From positions 10,044,001 to 10,108,000 of the forward strand of contig JBHGNT010000015.1 of NCBI GenBank assembly GCA_043228905.1: a DNA stretch of 64,000 bases, given 5' to 3'. This DNA comes from Azolla caroliniana. Taxonomy: Eukaryota; Plantae; Polypodiophyta. Below are positions 37,940 through 50,458 of this stretch, piece after piece. Within the stretch, counting starts at the first letter, position 1. The number at the start of each line of letters is the position of its first letter. The position numbers and the translations under genes are program-made. The notes beneath the pieces are model-generated. The model had not been told where the DNA came from, made no database searches, and saw only the letters and a list, made by a program, of their open reading frames with translations.

Positions 37940-40900
37940 TTAATCCTCTTCCAAAATGGCCCGGATGTTTGGCTCTGTTGCGGTGTCCACGTCCGGCGGT
38001 GACGTAGGTCCCGTGGGTGCATCGTGGTGTAGCTCCCCTGTTTGGTCGGGCTGGTTTTCCTCGGAGTCGCAGTCGCCGTGTGTGGGCGGTCCGGGTACGG
38101 TGTGATCTTCTTGAGCTAGTGGGTTGGGCTCTGCCGTTGTCGTGCTTGCAGTCGGCTGCGGCTCTGCCTCCATTGTTACGTCCTCCGTGGTCTCGACCGT
38201 TTTTGTACGTTCTGGGGAGTGGGGCGGAGATTCTGCTTGGCCCGCACTGTTCTCCGTGTTGTCTGATGCTAGCGTGGGCTCGTGTGGATGAACCTCTTTT
38301 TGTGCAGTGGTTTCGCTGTCTGGTCCTATGGGGAACTCCGCTCGTGGGTCCTTGTTGTTCTCCATCGTTGTCATTTCTAGTGATCGGGCCTGAGGTTCCT
38401 CTTCTTCAGCCGTGCCTGGAATTAGCGTCGCGCTGGATTCCTCGTTTGTGCGCGTTTTGCGGGCTTCTTTGATCTGGTGAAATAGCTCCTCCTGGTTTTC
38501 ACCAAAATCATCTAAGAGCTACGCTTGTTCTTCGGAGTGTTGGTCTGCTAGCGCACGATAGTCTTGCGCTAGGTCCTCTCGGATGACCGCAATGCTCTCC
38601 TCATTTAGTTTATAGAACCCTCGACCGTCTTTTCGCCGGTTCTCCCAGTCCGCACGATATGCGTGCAATTCCGCTGCTTGGGTTGCCCATGCCATCCATC
38701 CTTTGTCCAGCGCCGTTTTCAATTGCGCTGTGAACCCTCCCGATTTGTTTGGATAAGGATACGCACGTTATCTGTGATGGCCTGGAAATGGTTGCGTGCG
38801 TCTTCCATCGACTTCTGGAGATTTGCGATTTCTTGCTGTTTAACTGCCGCCGCTTTCTCGTACGTGGCCTTGAGGCATATGGTTCTTCTAATTTCCCATT
38901 TCATTGTTTAGGTGGATTTCGAGCTGATGCCTTGTGTCTTGTTCGACCACCAACTGCTCGTCGAACCATACCTTCTTTTTTTCTAATAAGGCCCGGAGTC
39001 CCGCGATAGCCGCCTCCGATTTCTTCGCATCCTCCCGTAATTGGGCATTGTCGTCTTTTGTCCGGATGTGCTGAGCTACTGCCGTAGCGAGTTTCTCTTC
39101 AAGGGTTTTTACTGCCTTTCGGCGCTTAGCCCGTATCTCCTTTTCTCTGTTTGAGGATTGGCATAGTTCCGCTCGAAGGCGGTCAATTTCTGATTCCGCT
39201 AGTTGCACGCCCCTTTTCGCTTTTGAGGCGATGGCGGTCTGAGCCTCAATTTCTTCCTTTAAAGCGTAGATGGCTTGGTTTGGTGGCGGAGTTGCATGTT
39301 GCGCCGTAGCCGTGTGGGCTTCCAACTCCGCAATGCGTTTGTTGGCTTTTTGTAGTTCGACTTGGGTCAGTTTCACCTTCTTCTAGACATTCTTATTTTT
39401 TATGGCCATCTCCTTAGCGCTCGTGCTGACCTTTGGCAGTTCCCGATGGACTTCGACTAGGGCCGTGTTTAATGGGGGTATCTCCATCCCCACTCGGCCT
39501 ACCCCGGCGTTCCTCTGATTGCCGACCCTAGCTAACCGGTCCTCATCGTCGCTCTCCATGGTTTGTGTTAGGGCGCACTCAATTATCTGGCGTTCCACAG
39601 GCTCTTCGGCCATTCGTTGGGCGGCTTTTACCTGTTGTGTTGCTAGGAACTCCATGAGCTCAAAAGAAGTGCCGAACTGTAAGAGGGCGCTGTCGCGAAA
39701 ATACGACGAGGATACGTGAACTTTGAGGCAGGACCCCGGGGCCTCCGACCGAAAGATATCAGATTCGTATGATTATATTAAACAATTAATACAAAATGAT
39801 AAAGATTCACAAATTTCATTAATAAAGGGAAAGAAAGATTACAAATTTTCCCAAGATTGGGATTACAAAAATTTGCTAATGGAGATGACTAGAGTAATAG
39901 ATTAGAAGAAATGAAATATGGATTTAATTAGAATATTAGGGGTTTTAGCTTCAATTTGAAAATTAGGGTTTTTGAGTTATATGGCTTTGATTAGGAAATT
40001 AGGGTTTATGACTTCCGTAAGGAAATTTAGGGTTCTTGGCTTCGATAAGATAAGAGAGCTCCGAAGGAAAAGAAGAACATATGGAATGGAATTATATATG
40101 GAGTTCCTCGTTGATCATATGCCTCCACTTTTTGTTGCATGGGTTCTACTTTTAGTTGCATAGCTTTTCTTTTCGTTGAATCTATTTTTAGTTGCATGGC
40201 TTTTTCTTTAGTTGCATGTGACCGTCCACTTGACCTTTACTTTAGTCTCTTTTACCTTTCTTTAAATAGCCACATAATCCTTTTATCCGTTCGATTTGCG
40301 TCCAATCTCGTACGGTTGCCGGTTCCGCCCGATCGCCGAATCCCTCGCCGGCCGGTTCCATTTTGCTTGCCGGCCAGTTCCGGTTCCGGTTCTGGTTTTG
40401 CTTGCCGGCCCGTTCTGGTTTTGCTTGTCGGCCAGTTCTGGTTCCGGTTTTGCTTACTGGCCGGTTTCCGGTTTGTATACCGATTCCGGTTCTGATTTTG
40501 CTTACCGGTCGGTTCTGGTTTTGCTTACCGACCGGTTCTGGTTTTGCTTACCGGCCGGTTCCAGTTTGCTTGCCGGTTTCGATTCCGGTTTTGCTTGTCG
40601 GTTCCAGTTTTGCATACCGGCCGGTTTCTGGTTCTGGTTTGCATACCGGCCGGTTTCCGGATTTAGGGAATTTGGCCACCATCATCCATCAAGACAAAGT
40701 GGCCAAAGTGCTCTTAGAACAAATGAAAAATGAGGGAGCTCAAGGTGCTTATATAGTCAGGGCCTTAAGTTTCCTATCTATGTGGGATAGTTCTAATTTC
40801 TCTATCTTCTCAAACTTTATTTTCACATAACTTGATATGTATTTCTCCATTTTGTATATAGTAAAATACATTTTGAAGCTCTTGAGTATATCCATCTTTC

Positions 40901-42115
40901 TATAGTAAGCTACTAATCTAATCTATAATAAATATTTCATTATTTTTTTACATAGTGTGTGAAGATTCACACGACAACGCTGAACTCGTGGGCCGCATCC
41001 GGGATATCCAGATATGCCAAAACCCCGTTTTCCACCGTCAATACGGCTTGCCCTCGTTGGGACTGGGTCGTAATGATCGGCCATGGCTCCCGGATGATTT
41101 CGACGGTGGTATTGGGTTCCGTAGCTGTGGAGCCATCGCCTTCGGTCGGTGTTTCTGTCGCCGTGGAAATGTTTTTGACCAACCCTTGCCCATCTTTCCT
41201 ATCCAATCAACATCGTTTCGGTCTAGGGCTATCCTGCCGTGTTTCGGTGTTTGGCTCTAGGGCTGCCTCCATGGAACGTGCTGACTGTTCCTCTTGCGTT
41301 GTCCGTGTGTCCGGCTGGTCGGTAGGTGGTGTTGTCCTTGGGTTGGGCTGAGTGGTTTGGGGTTCCTCTTCCCACTCTAGGTTCGATAACTCCGCTAACC
41401 TGTGCTTCGTGGATTGGGGCGGGGGCGTGGGCCGGCTAGGCTGCGGTGCCGGCAGGCCTCGAGGTGGAAATAGTACCATAAGGTACTATTGTATGATCGG
41501 CCTGAGCTTTTTGCCTGCATGGTACGCATGCAGGCCTTCCCTTAATGCCGGCCCTGTGATGACCTCCCAATCGACCGCACGCCCCTCAAAGGTATCGATA
41601 ATGATGTCTGTCTTCTGCTTAGGCATCCCATATGCGTTGACATGTACGCAGCCGACTTCTAGCAGGAACTTGGCAATTTCACGGAAGAAGGGATCCGGAA
41701 TCTGCTTGGTTCTATAGGCCTTGGCAAAGGAGGAATATGGCCCGAAATATGGCTGCAACGCCTCTGCAAGAAGGATGTCGAAATGCCTTTCGCCTAGCGA
41801 TGACAGGTCCAACTTCTTCCGGATGGAGGAGTTGGTGATCGTGTCGATGTTAAGCTTCCTGGCGATGTCCATGGCATCAGGGTGTGGGGGTGATTCTGCG
41901 ACTCGGATGTATCCATCCAAGCGTTTCTCCACGAGCCATCGGCGTAAGGCAGTGGAGATGAAGATCGTGATCGCTAGAGCAGGTTCGTGGGAAGGAGAAG
42001 GTGAGGGGGAGGAGCGATGGAAGCGCTGATAGCTAGAAGATGAGTTTCTGTTTTGTGTAGAAAATCTTCTGTTTCCTTCTTTTTGTGGGTTAGGGTTCAT
42101 TGGGCGGTGAGCCAT
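37940..42115 (-). pseudogene. Element A 3' accessory ORF (globular N-terminal domain plus coiled coil), fragmented
   Basis: LRRWLVEKRLDGYIRVAE...FFREIAKFLLEVG...WEVITGPALRE and GWMAWATQAAELH align with the ORFs at 47579-50245. Confidence 0.75.
39691..40976 (-). mobile_element. Solo LTR (TGTCG family), TSD GCGC/ACGC, with an internal ~22-bp CCGGTTCTGGTTTTGCTT array (40300-40660)
   Basis: Reverse-complement match to the ends of 3976-4956. The empty site GAGGGCGCTGAACTC is visible in the duplicate at ~59680. Confidence 0.92.
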
Positions 42116-42259
42116 CGTGGTGCCACGTGTTCTTGAACTAGGAGTTTGTGCATGTCTTTAGTCGTTTTAATTGTCTCTATCTTCTCATTTTTATTTTTTT
42201 TTCGTAATGGTTATCTACAACCTATTTTTACATTATGGTACAAGTGGGGCGCCGCTCAT

Positions 42260-45200
42260 TTACGGTGCAGGTTCTCCGGCTCTGTCCTGTTCGGCGGTGA
42301 ATGGGTTCGGTGGTGTAGGGCCCAGGTAAGGTTTGAGCCGAAACCCATTCACCTTTTGCCCGACTACTTCCCCGGCCAGCGTACCTAGTTGGAACGTGCC
42401 TTGTTCCGCTCCAATTATCCTGTATGGGCCGGTCCAACGGAATCGTAACTTCCCCGGCATATGGCCCATGCGAGTTTGGAAAACTAGCACTGCTCGACCC
42501 ACGACACACTCCTTTCCCTTGCGTTCCGATGTCGATTCACAAACGCTTTACGCCGTCGTTGTTCCTGTTCCAACACAGCCATGCTGTGGACGGGTTTTTC
42601 CCCTAGTTCGAGGAGTTGGTGGAGCCGTACCTCCTCCGACTTGGCTTCTGATAATCGGTTCCGTACCTGAATTCGCAAACTAGGTACCTGAAATTCGACC
42701 GGCATCACAGCCTCCAGCCTAAATGCTAGTCGAAACGGTGTTGACTATATGCTTGTTTTGTAGCTGGTTTTGTACGCCCATAACGCAATCTGTAGTTTGG
42801 TATCCCAGTCCGTTCTATTTTCATTGACGATTTTCTTCGAAATGGTCTGCAACGTCTTGTTGGTGGATTCTGCTAATCCATTTGCCTGCGGATAATATGG
42901 CGCACTCTTCTCATGGACTACGGCATAATGACGTGTTAATTCTCGAACAACCGTATTGAGAAAGTGGCTCCCTTGGTCACTGATAAGCTCAATCGGACAG
43001 CCGAACCGGCACCAGATGTGCTCGTAAAGGAATCTGGTTGTGACAGTCGCTGTATTTTCACGTAGTGCCTTTTCTTCTACCCATTTTGTGAAATAATCGA
43101 TGGCTACCAATATGTATTTATTGCCCATACGGGCTTCCGCCAGTGTGAAGGGCCCCACAAAATCCAATCCCCACTTTTGGAAGGGGTCTAGTGGTAATAC
43201 GGGCTGGTGTGGCATCCTTGCGCCCTCCGCGGGCTGTCCCATCTGTTGACACAAATCACACTTTCTACAATACGCGGGTGCGTCCTTCTACGTTGTTGGC
43301 CACCATAGGCCCGCCTGCCTACATTCCGGTCTGTAACATCACCCGTGTAATGGCCGCCTGCTGTGCCGTAGTGTGCCTGCCGTAACACTGTGTCCTTCTC
43401 ATCCTGCCATACCCCACGTCGCCAAATGCCGTCACTTCCTTTGTGACATAAAACGCTTTCGACGAGGCAGAACTGACGGCTTCAGACAGCTAGTCATTTC
43501 TCCTCGTCCGTGCGTAATTGTGGTGGAGGCAGTCCCGTAGTCAAAAAGTACGTCATTTCCATAAGTCATTTCTTCTCGTCTGTGCGTAATTGTGGTGGAG
43601 GCAGTCCCTTAGTCAAAAAGTCCGTAGTGTGCCTCCCGTAACACTGCGTCCTTCTCATCCTGCCATACCCCACGTCGCCAAATGCCGTCACTTCCTTTGT
43701 GACATAAAACGCTTTCGACGAGGCAGAACTGACAGCTTCAGACAGCTAGTCCTTTCTTCTCGTCTGTGCGTAATTGTGGTGGAGGCAGTCCCGTAGTCAA
43801 AAAGTACGTCATTTCCATAAGCCACCGGTCCAGAAAGGTCGACTCCATTCTTTCTGCTAGTGTCGCTACCCGCAGGATATCGGCGTCCGGAAAATCATCG
43901 TCATCTTTATGTACTGTTTCTCTGTTCTCGAGTCTGCTCAAAAAATCCGCCATTGCGTGTTGCGTCCCTGGTCGGTGTTGGATTACGAAATCGAATTCCT
44001 GGAGCAACAGCATCCACCGTGCCAATTTCCATGTCAGGGCTTCTTTCTCCACCAAATACAGTATTGCCGAATGATCCACGTGGAACGTGAATTTCCTTCC
44101 TAATAAATAGTGCCGGAATTTATTGAAGCTATAGATCATCCCTAGTGCCTCCCACTCCGTTGTGGAGTAGTTACGCTCTGTTGTTGATAATTTGCGACTA
44201 ACGTAGTATACTGGTCGGTACCAGCTTGGTTCGGTGAGTTGCATTAGTGCACTTCCTATTGCTATGTCTGAGGCGTCGACGAACACATAGAATGGCTTCA
44301 CTCAAACTGGTGGTTGTACGACGGGAGCCTGTGTGAGCATTATCTTAAGTGCCTCGTACGCTTTATCCTCCGTTGCAGTCCATTGGAAAGGAGTCCGATG
44401 TACGGTAGCGTGTAACGGCATGGCGAAGTCCGCCAAATACCGTATCATCCGACTATGCCACCGTATTTGTCCCAAAAACCGGTTGAGTGATTTGGCGTTT
44501 GTCGGAGTGTTGGCTTGCGTAATCGCGGAGATTTTGTTCGGGTCAACTCCTATTCCCTCCTTGCTAACTATATGGCCCAAGAGAGTCCCGTTGGTCACGT
44601 TGAAAGCACATTTCGCGGGATTTAGGCTTAATCGTGCGGTGCGGCAACGTTCTAGGCACAATTGTAAGTGCAAAAAATGGTCTATTGTTCTCCCATATAC
44701 CGCAAAGTCGTCTAAAAAATCTTGCATGAACGCCGGAATGTATTCCCCAAAGATCTCCGTAATTGTCCGTTGAAATGTTGCCGATGCCGTCTTTAGCCCG
44801 AACATCATGACGACTACCACATATACTCCCCAATCCGTGACAAATGCCGTCTTTTCTTGGTCCTTGGGATGCATGCGTACCTGGTTATAGCCACTGAAGC
44901 CATCTAAAAAACTGTACATCTCATGGCCTGCGACGACGTCCAGTACGCTATCGGTGAAGGGTAAGGGAAATGCATCCGTAATGGTGACGACGTTTAATTT
45001 TCGGTAATCTACGCATACCCGTATTTTGCCGTTTTTCTTTGGAACAACCACTATCGGGCTTAACCATGTCACTTGTTTAACTGGTCGTATGAACCCCGCC
45101 TTCAAGAGCTTGTCAATTTCTTCTTTCACGCGGGTCGCGTAGTTCGGGTTCATGTGGTAGCGGCGCTGCTAGACGGGTTTCGCGTCGGTTGCTAAATTGA

Positions 45201-47077
45201 TCTTATGCTGATAGAACTTGGGATCTAACCCCTTCTTGTCCTCGTGAGCCCAAGCGAACACATCCTTATATTCCATGAGTAGTGCGATCATCGTTTTTCG
45301 CTGGTCCGGCCTTAATTCCTTTGCGATGGAGAGGAAACGAGGCTCTGATTCCGTACCCATATTTACTTCTTCGAGGGCGGAAGCGATGACTCGTCGTGAA
45401 ATCTCCATTTCCCTTTCGAATGCCTCCCGTGCTCTGCTGAGTTCCAATATGGACTCTGGGTTTGGTTCGTAAGGCTCGTCGTGGAGAACAGTGGTCGTGG
45501 CATATTCTACCGCAGTTGCAATGACGTCTATTTCAAACAGCGGAATAATCCGAGGGTGCTCGTCGAGGTATGCCTCTAATTCTGCATCCTCCACCCCAGC
45601 CAACATATTTATATCTTCTGCATATAATGGTGTTATACCCTTCGGTTGTGGCCTGCTTTCCTCCGTAGGTACGCAAACCTTGGTGCGTCCGTGTCGAAAA
45701 CTAATACACTTGCGTTGCCAGCTCTACTTGATATTTGCTGCCCGATGCCATGGTCTGCCCAGAAGCATTGGGTACGCCCCTAGGGCGTCCAAGGTGAGGA
45801 TGACCGCCGAGATGTCAAATCGGTGTCCGCCCATGATAATGCCGATTTTGCGAATTAACCCTAATGGTCGTACTGAGCGGGTATCTGCCATTCGGAGATA
45901 GAATGGGCGAGCCTCCCATTCTGAAATGCCTTTCCTCCGTAGGTACGCAAACCTTGGTGCGTCCTTGTCGAAAACTAATACACTTGCGTTGCCAGCTCTG
46001 CTTGATATTTGCTGCCCGAAGCCATGGTCTGCCCAGAAGCATTGGGTACGCCCCTGGGGCGTCCAAGGTGAAGATGACCGCCGAGATGTCAAATCGGTGT
46101 CCGCCCACGATAATGCCGATTTTGCGAATTAACCCTAATGGTCGTACTGAGCGGGTATCTGCCATTCGGAGCTAGAATGGGCAAGCCTCCCATTCTGAAA
46201 TGCCTAACTGCTCGCAAGTTTTCGCGCTAATTACATTGACGCCTGAGCTGTTGTCGATTACAAATCCAGGAATTTCCTGTTCGTGTAATATTAATGTAAT
46301 AGCCGGGTTGTGTTGATCCACTACCGACAGTCCACTGCTAACGTCTGTAAAGTTAACGTTATCTCACAGCCCGCTAACGCCTGCCAAATGGGGTCTAGGA
46401 CCGGTCTTTCGTCCTCTGCTCGCTCCATTGTGTTCGCGGACTCCTTCCGCATACGTTCCGTATTTGTCGCGTTTGCTTTTTCCACCCACGCTTGGGCTTG
46501 TCGGCGTACCTCGTCTTGCGCAGCCCAATCAACCGTTTTTGTTTGCTGGCGTGTCGTGACTTGCTGCACCTCCGCCGTAATCGTATTGACAGCGGGCCCC
46601 TTTCCCTTGCGTGTTAGGCATTGCGTGGCATAATGTCCGGGTTGATGAAAAATAAAACAATGGATGCTTGATTCACCCTTCTCGGCTCCTGGTGGTGTGT
46701 GTCGCTCCCCTGGTGCTACTTGCTCCTCGTGGTCCAGCCTCGTTTGTCGGAACGTACGTGGTGGCTGCTGTTGGTCCCGTCGTTGTTCCTGATGCCGCTC
46801 ATCCCCCGAGCTTTCGTCGTAACGTCGGTGATCCCGATATTGCTGTGGCTTACCACGATAACCATTGAAGCTGCCCCGTTTGTTTGTCGGCCGTTGATTC
46901 TCGTAGCACCGATCCCCTTTGGCGTAACTCGAATGTCCACGATAATCCTCGTCCTCTGGTTCGTCCTCCTCAGACTTGTTGTGATTTCGGCGATTCCGGT
47001 GGTACCGGTCCTCCCGTGGGTTGCGATCGTTATACCGGGATCGGTCTTCTTGCCTCCTTTGTTCAGTCCGGTGTGGT
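42260..47077 (-). pseudogene. pol: Element A gag(3')-PR-RT-RH-IN, degenerate; gag 5' part at 56467-57370
   Basis: LLGRPWL, CVDYRKLN, FLDGFSGYNQ, FLDDFAVY, VDASDIAIG, WGLDFVGPF, YYPQANG and VNGFRLKPY. Confidence 0.9.
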
Positions 47078-47578
47078 TGTTAATCGGCTAATTACTAACT
47101 ACTACCGATACAGAAGAGTGAACGTCGCTACTCAACGTTCTAACAAGGAATTGTGTTTTACGAACGGAATTATACTGTATTAATCGGTAATTACCGTGAT
47201 CGTTACTTAGTTATAAATTAGGAAGCTTGCACTTAAGAACATAGACAATAGAGAGAACACAGAATCCGTATAGGATATTCCTAACTTAAACTTATATTAC
47301 TAAATAAAACGACCTTTCTTACAATGCCTTCGGTTCCCTTTTATAGGTATACCGAAGGTCTTTTCTCATCAAGAACTATTCCTACTTACTATCAAGAATT
47401 ACAAAATTATCTAACTAACTTAGTTCTCTTCGTTTACTGCTGAGTCATTGATCCGAACAGTCGATCCGAACCGACTCCGTTTTCGACGCTTTCCCACTTG
47501 TTCGGTAAAAGTGACTGTCCGGGTCCGGGTAACACTTGGCACGTCCGTGGGCCAGGACCTTGTCCAGCGAACCCACGC

Positions 47579-50245
47579 CTATTCCTGTAGCTCTTCATCC
47601 GAATCGTTCAGAATATCAAAAATCGAAGGCTCTTCTGGCCTTGGATGTATTCCATCTATATCTTCCTCTTCATCTTCATCTGTGTCACAGTTGTCATTCG
47701 GAGTAGGTTTTGAATGTTGTGACTCGGTTGGCTGCTCTGGTTCACTTCTTTTGGGAGCTTGAAGACCAGGAGTGTTGCTGGTTCTTTCGGCTTCGATTTT
47801 ATCCAACTGGACGGAAGTGCCTATATCATTTTTGTCGAATTCTTGCATAATACGTTGAATTTCTTCTCTGTAAAATGCCGCAATTTCGTCCATATCTTTC
47901 ATGATATCCTCTTGGATATTGTCAATATCCTTTTGTGCCATTTTAGAAAAACCTGCACCTTGGACCTGACGGTTATTTTTGTCGGCACGCAATAACTGTA
48001 GTTCCGCCGCTTGTGCCGTCCATAACTTCCATCCTTGCGCAAGGGATTCATCGATCATTTTCTTTGCTAGGTTTCGATGTTTCCCTATTATGTGCTGCAC
48101 TTTGTCCCTAGTGATGCTTGCGACGTATTGGGCGGTTTGCAACTCTTTCCGTAAATCCGTAATAGTGGCTCGGTTTTCACTTTCAGCTCGCATTAGTTTG
48201 GATTCGACTACATATATGTCCAGCCGTCTTTGTTCTGATATCTTCCGAATTTCGTTCAGTTGTTGTTCGAATGCAGATTTCTCTTTGCTCCATTCCTCCT
48301 GCTGTTCCGTAATTCTTCTGTTGACTTCTTCAAGACTCCGCTCTTTTTCTGTCAATTGACTTTCCTGTGACACTATATACCTTTCGAATTCTTCAATTTG
48401 TTCGGTATATGTATGATTGGTCGTCTTAGCTTCTTCCAAATTTTTCTGTAATTCGTTTATTAATTGATTTTTTTCTTCGAGAACTTTGTATTGGCCATTC
48501 TGAATGGTTTCTATTTGTTTTTCTAATTCTGTAGTTCGAAATACAGCATTATTGGCCCTTGTTGTTTCTGCTTGTCGTGCTTTCTCAGCATCCTCCAATT
48601 TCTGCTACCATTCTGACTCCGACGCCATAAGCCGTGCCTGCGTTTCCCATTTGTTTAGACTTTCTTTTAATTCTTTATTTTCTGCCTGTATGTTACAAAA
48701 CTGATGTTTCAGCACCTCCGCCGATGTTGATACACTTTTGTATCTTTCAGCCATATCACTGGCTGCTTTGCGTGCCGTTTCATATTCTTTATGAATTTTG
48801 ACCAATGCTTCATGTAATGGTGGCATTTCAATAGCCTCCCCCCTATTCTGTGCACTTCTTTTCCGGCCGATTTTCTCTATCTCTGCTTTTTCTTGAGGTT
48901 CCAACACTCCTCGTAAGGCTTTCTGTATCATTATTCGGTCATTATGTTCTTGAGCCAGCCGTTCTGATACTTCTGTCAATCTTTTAGCCAACCATTCAAC
49001 CAGTTCGTATGAGGTTCCGAACTGTAAAATGGCAGCTAATTCATGTGCTGCTGGTGGAATATCCAAGTACCCATGTGCTTCCCGAATTGCTACTTTTGAA
49101 GATTGGCCTTGTTGAGGTTGTGTCGAAACGTTCTCATTCCCTGGTTTTATTACTTCTGCTACTACAGGCGTATTCGAATTTTCCTTTGTGCGTTGCCTTT
49201 TCGGTGCTGACCCATCACTGTTTTCTGGTTGGAATTGCCTATTAGCCTTTTGTTTAACCCTTGTCCGTTGTCACATCTTCTCTGGTTGTTGTCGATTTTC
49301 TGTCGGCTGCTGCTTGTTTATCAAATGGTCAACTGTTTCTTGTTCGGCTGCTGGTTGCCTGTTTTCGGAATTCTCTGGTCTTGGTGGTTCCGATTGAGGC
49401 GTATCCGTTTGTATATTATCGGCATGTGCCGATTCTTCCTCTATCCATTCTTCATGTACTACCTGTCGGTGTCTTCGCGGTGCTTGTACTATCGGTGGTC
49501 TTCTTGACTGAACAAGAATTTCCGATTCTTGAATCGGAAACAATACCGATAGCCAACGACCAAAAATTTGCTTCATTGGTTTTCCTGCTTTCACCCCTTG
49601 TAGCTGCTCTCTCAGAGCTTCCCCCGACAATAGTGGCCAGTTGAAATCCTCCTTTTCGTATGCGGCTATGATAAACCCAGCCCTTTTTTTCGGCATACAA
49701 TAAAAACGGGGACTGACAAATCCCACCTCTAGTAAAAATCTAGCCACTTCATGGAAAAACTCATCCCGACCTCCATAAGTCTGATATGCTTTTGCCGAGG
49801 GTGAGTATTCCCCGAAATACGATTGGAGTGCTTCTGATGAAGGTTTTTTAACTGCCTCAAAGCCTCCTCTTGGCATCTGTAATGCATTTCGTATTTTCTT
49901 TGTGGTGACCTTGGTGATGTCTAACTGTTGTATCAATTCTTCCGCCTGCGGATGAGGTTCCGCTTCTGCTACTTTGATGAAACCTTGTAAGTTTCTCTCA
50001 TGAAGCCATAGTCGCAGTTCTTCAGACACAGGAATCGGCATGACTTCTGTGTTTGCTTGTTCTGAATCACTTGTCGATGACGGTTGGAGATCTGCACAGC
50101 TTCTGTAGCGATGAAAATCAGAAAAAGAGAGTTTGGGCGAAATAGGGCACCAAGGCTCAGACTGTTTCGATATCTTCACTCGTTTCTGTTGTTTTGGCGA
50201 CACAGACGATACAGAAATATGCTTTAAAGATATTAATTTATGCAT
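47579..50245 (-). pseudogene. Element B 3' accessory ORF(s): 324-, 153- and 339-aa pieces; long coiled coil and acidic tail
   Basis: Same strand as pol, collinear with the element A homologue, and ending 45 bp from the 3' LTR. Confidence 0.75.
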
Positions 50246-50458
50246 TATGACTAAAGAATAGTAATTGCTCTTAATGTAGGATTTAATTAGTATTAACTCT
50301 ACGTGTAGTGGTTGTACTACTTACTAATAATCATGCAATTCCTCTTTCTATTTATAGTCGACTCAGACTGTTATGGCAAGATTGTATTTCTGCATTTGAC
50401 AAGAACTATTGAGTGAGTTAGTTAGTTTTTTTATTTTTTATTTTATTTTTTTATTTAT

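Noticed and set aside
40139-40830. ORFs of 118-155 aa
   Set aside because: Stop-poor readings of the ~22-bp tandem array in a solo LTR.
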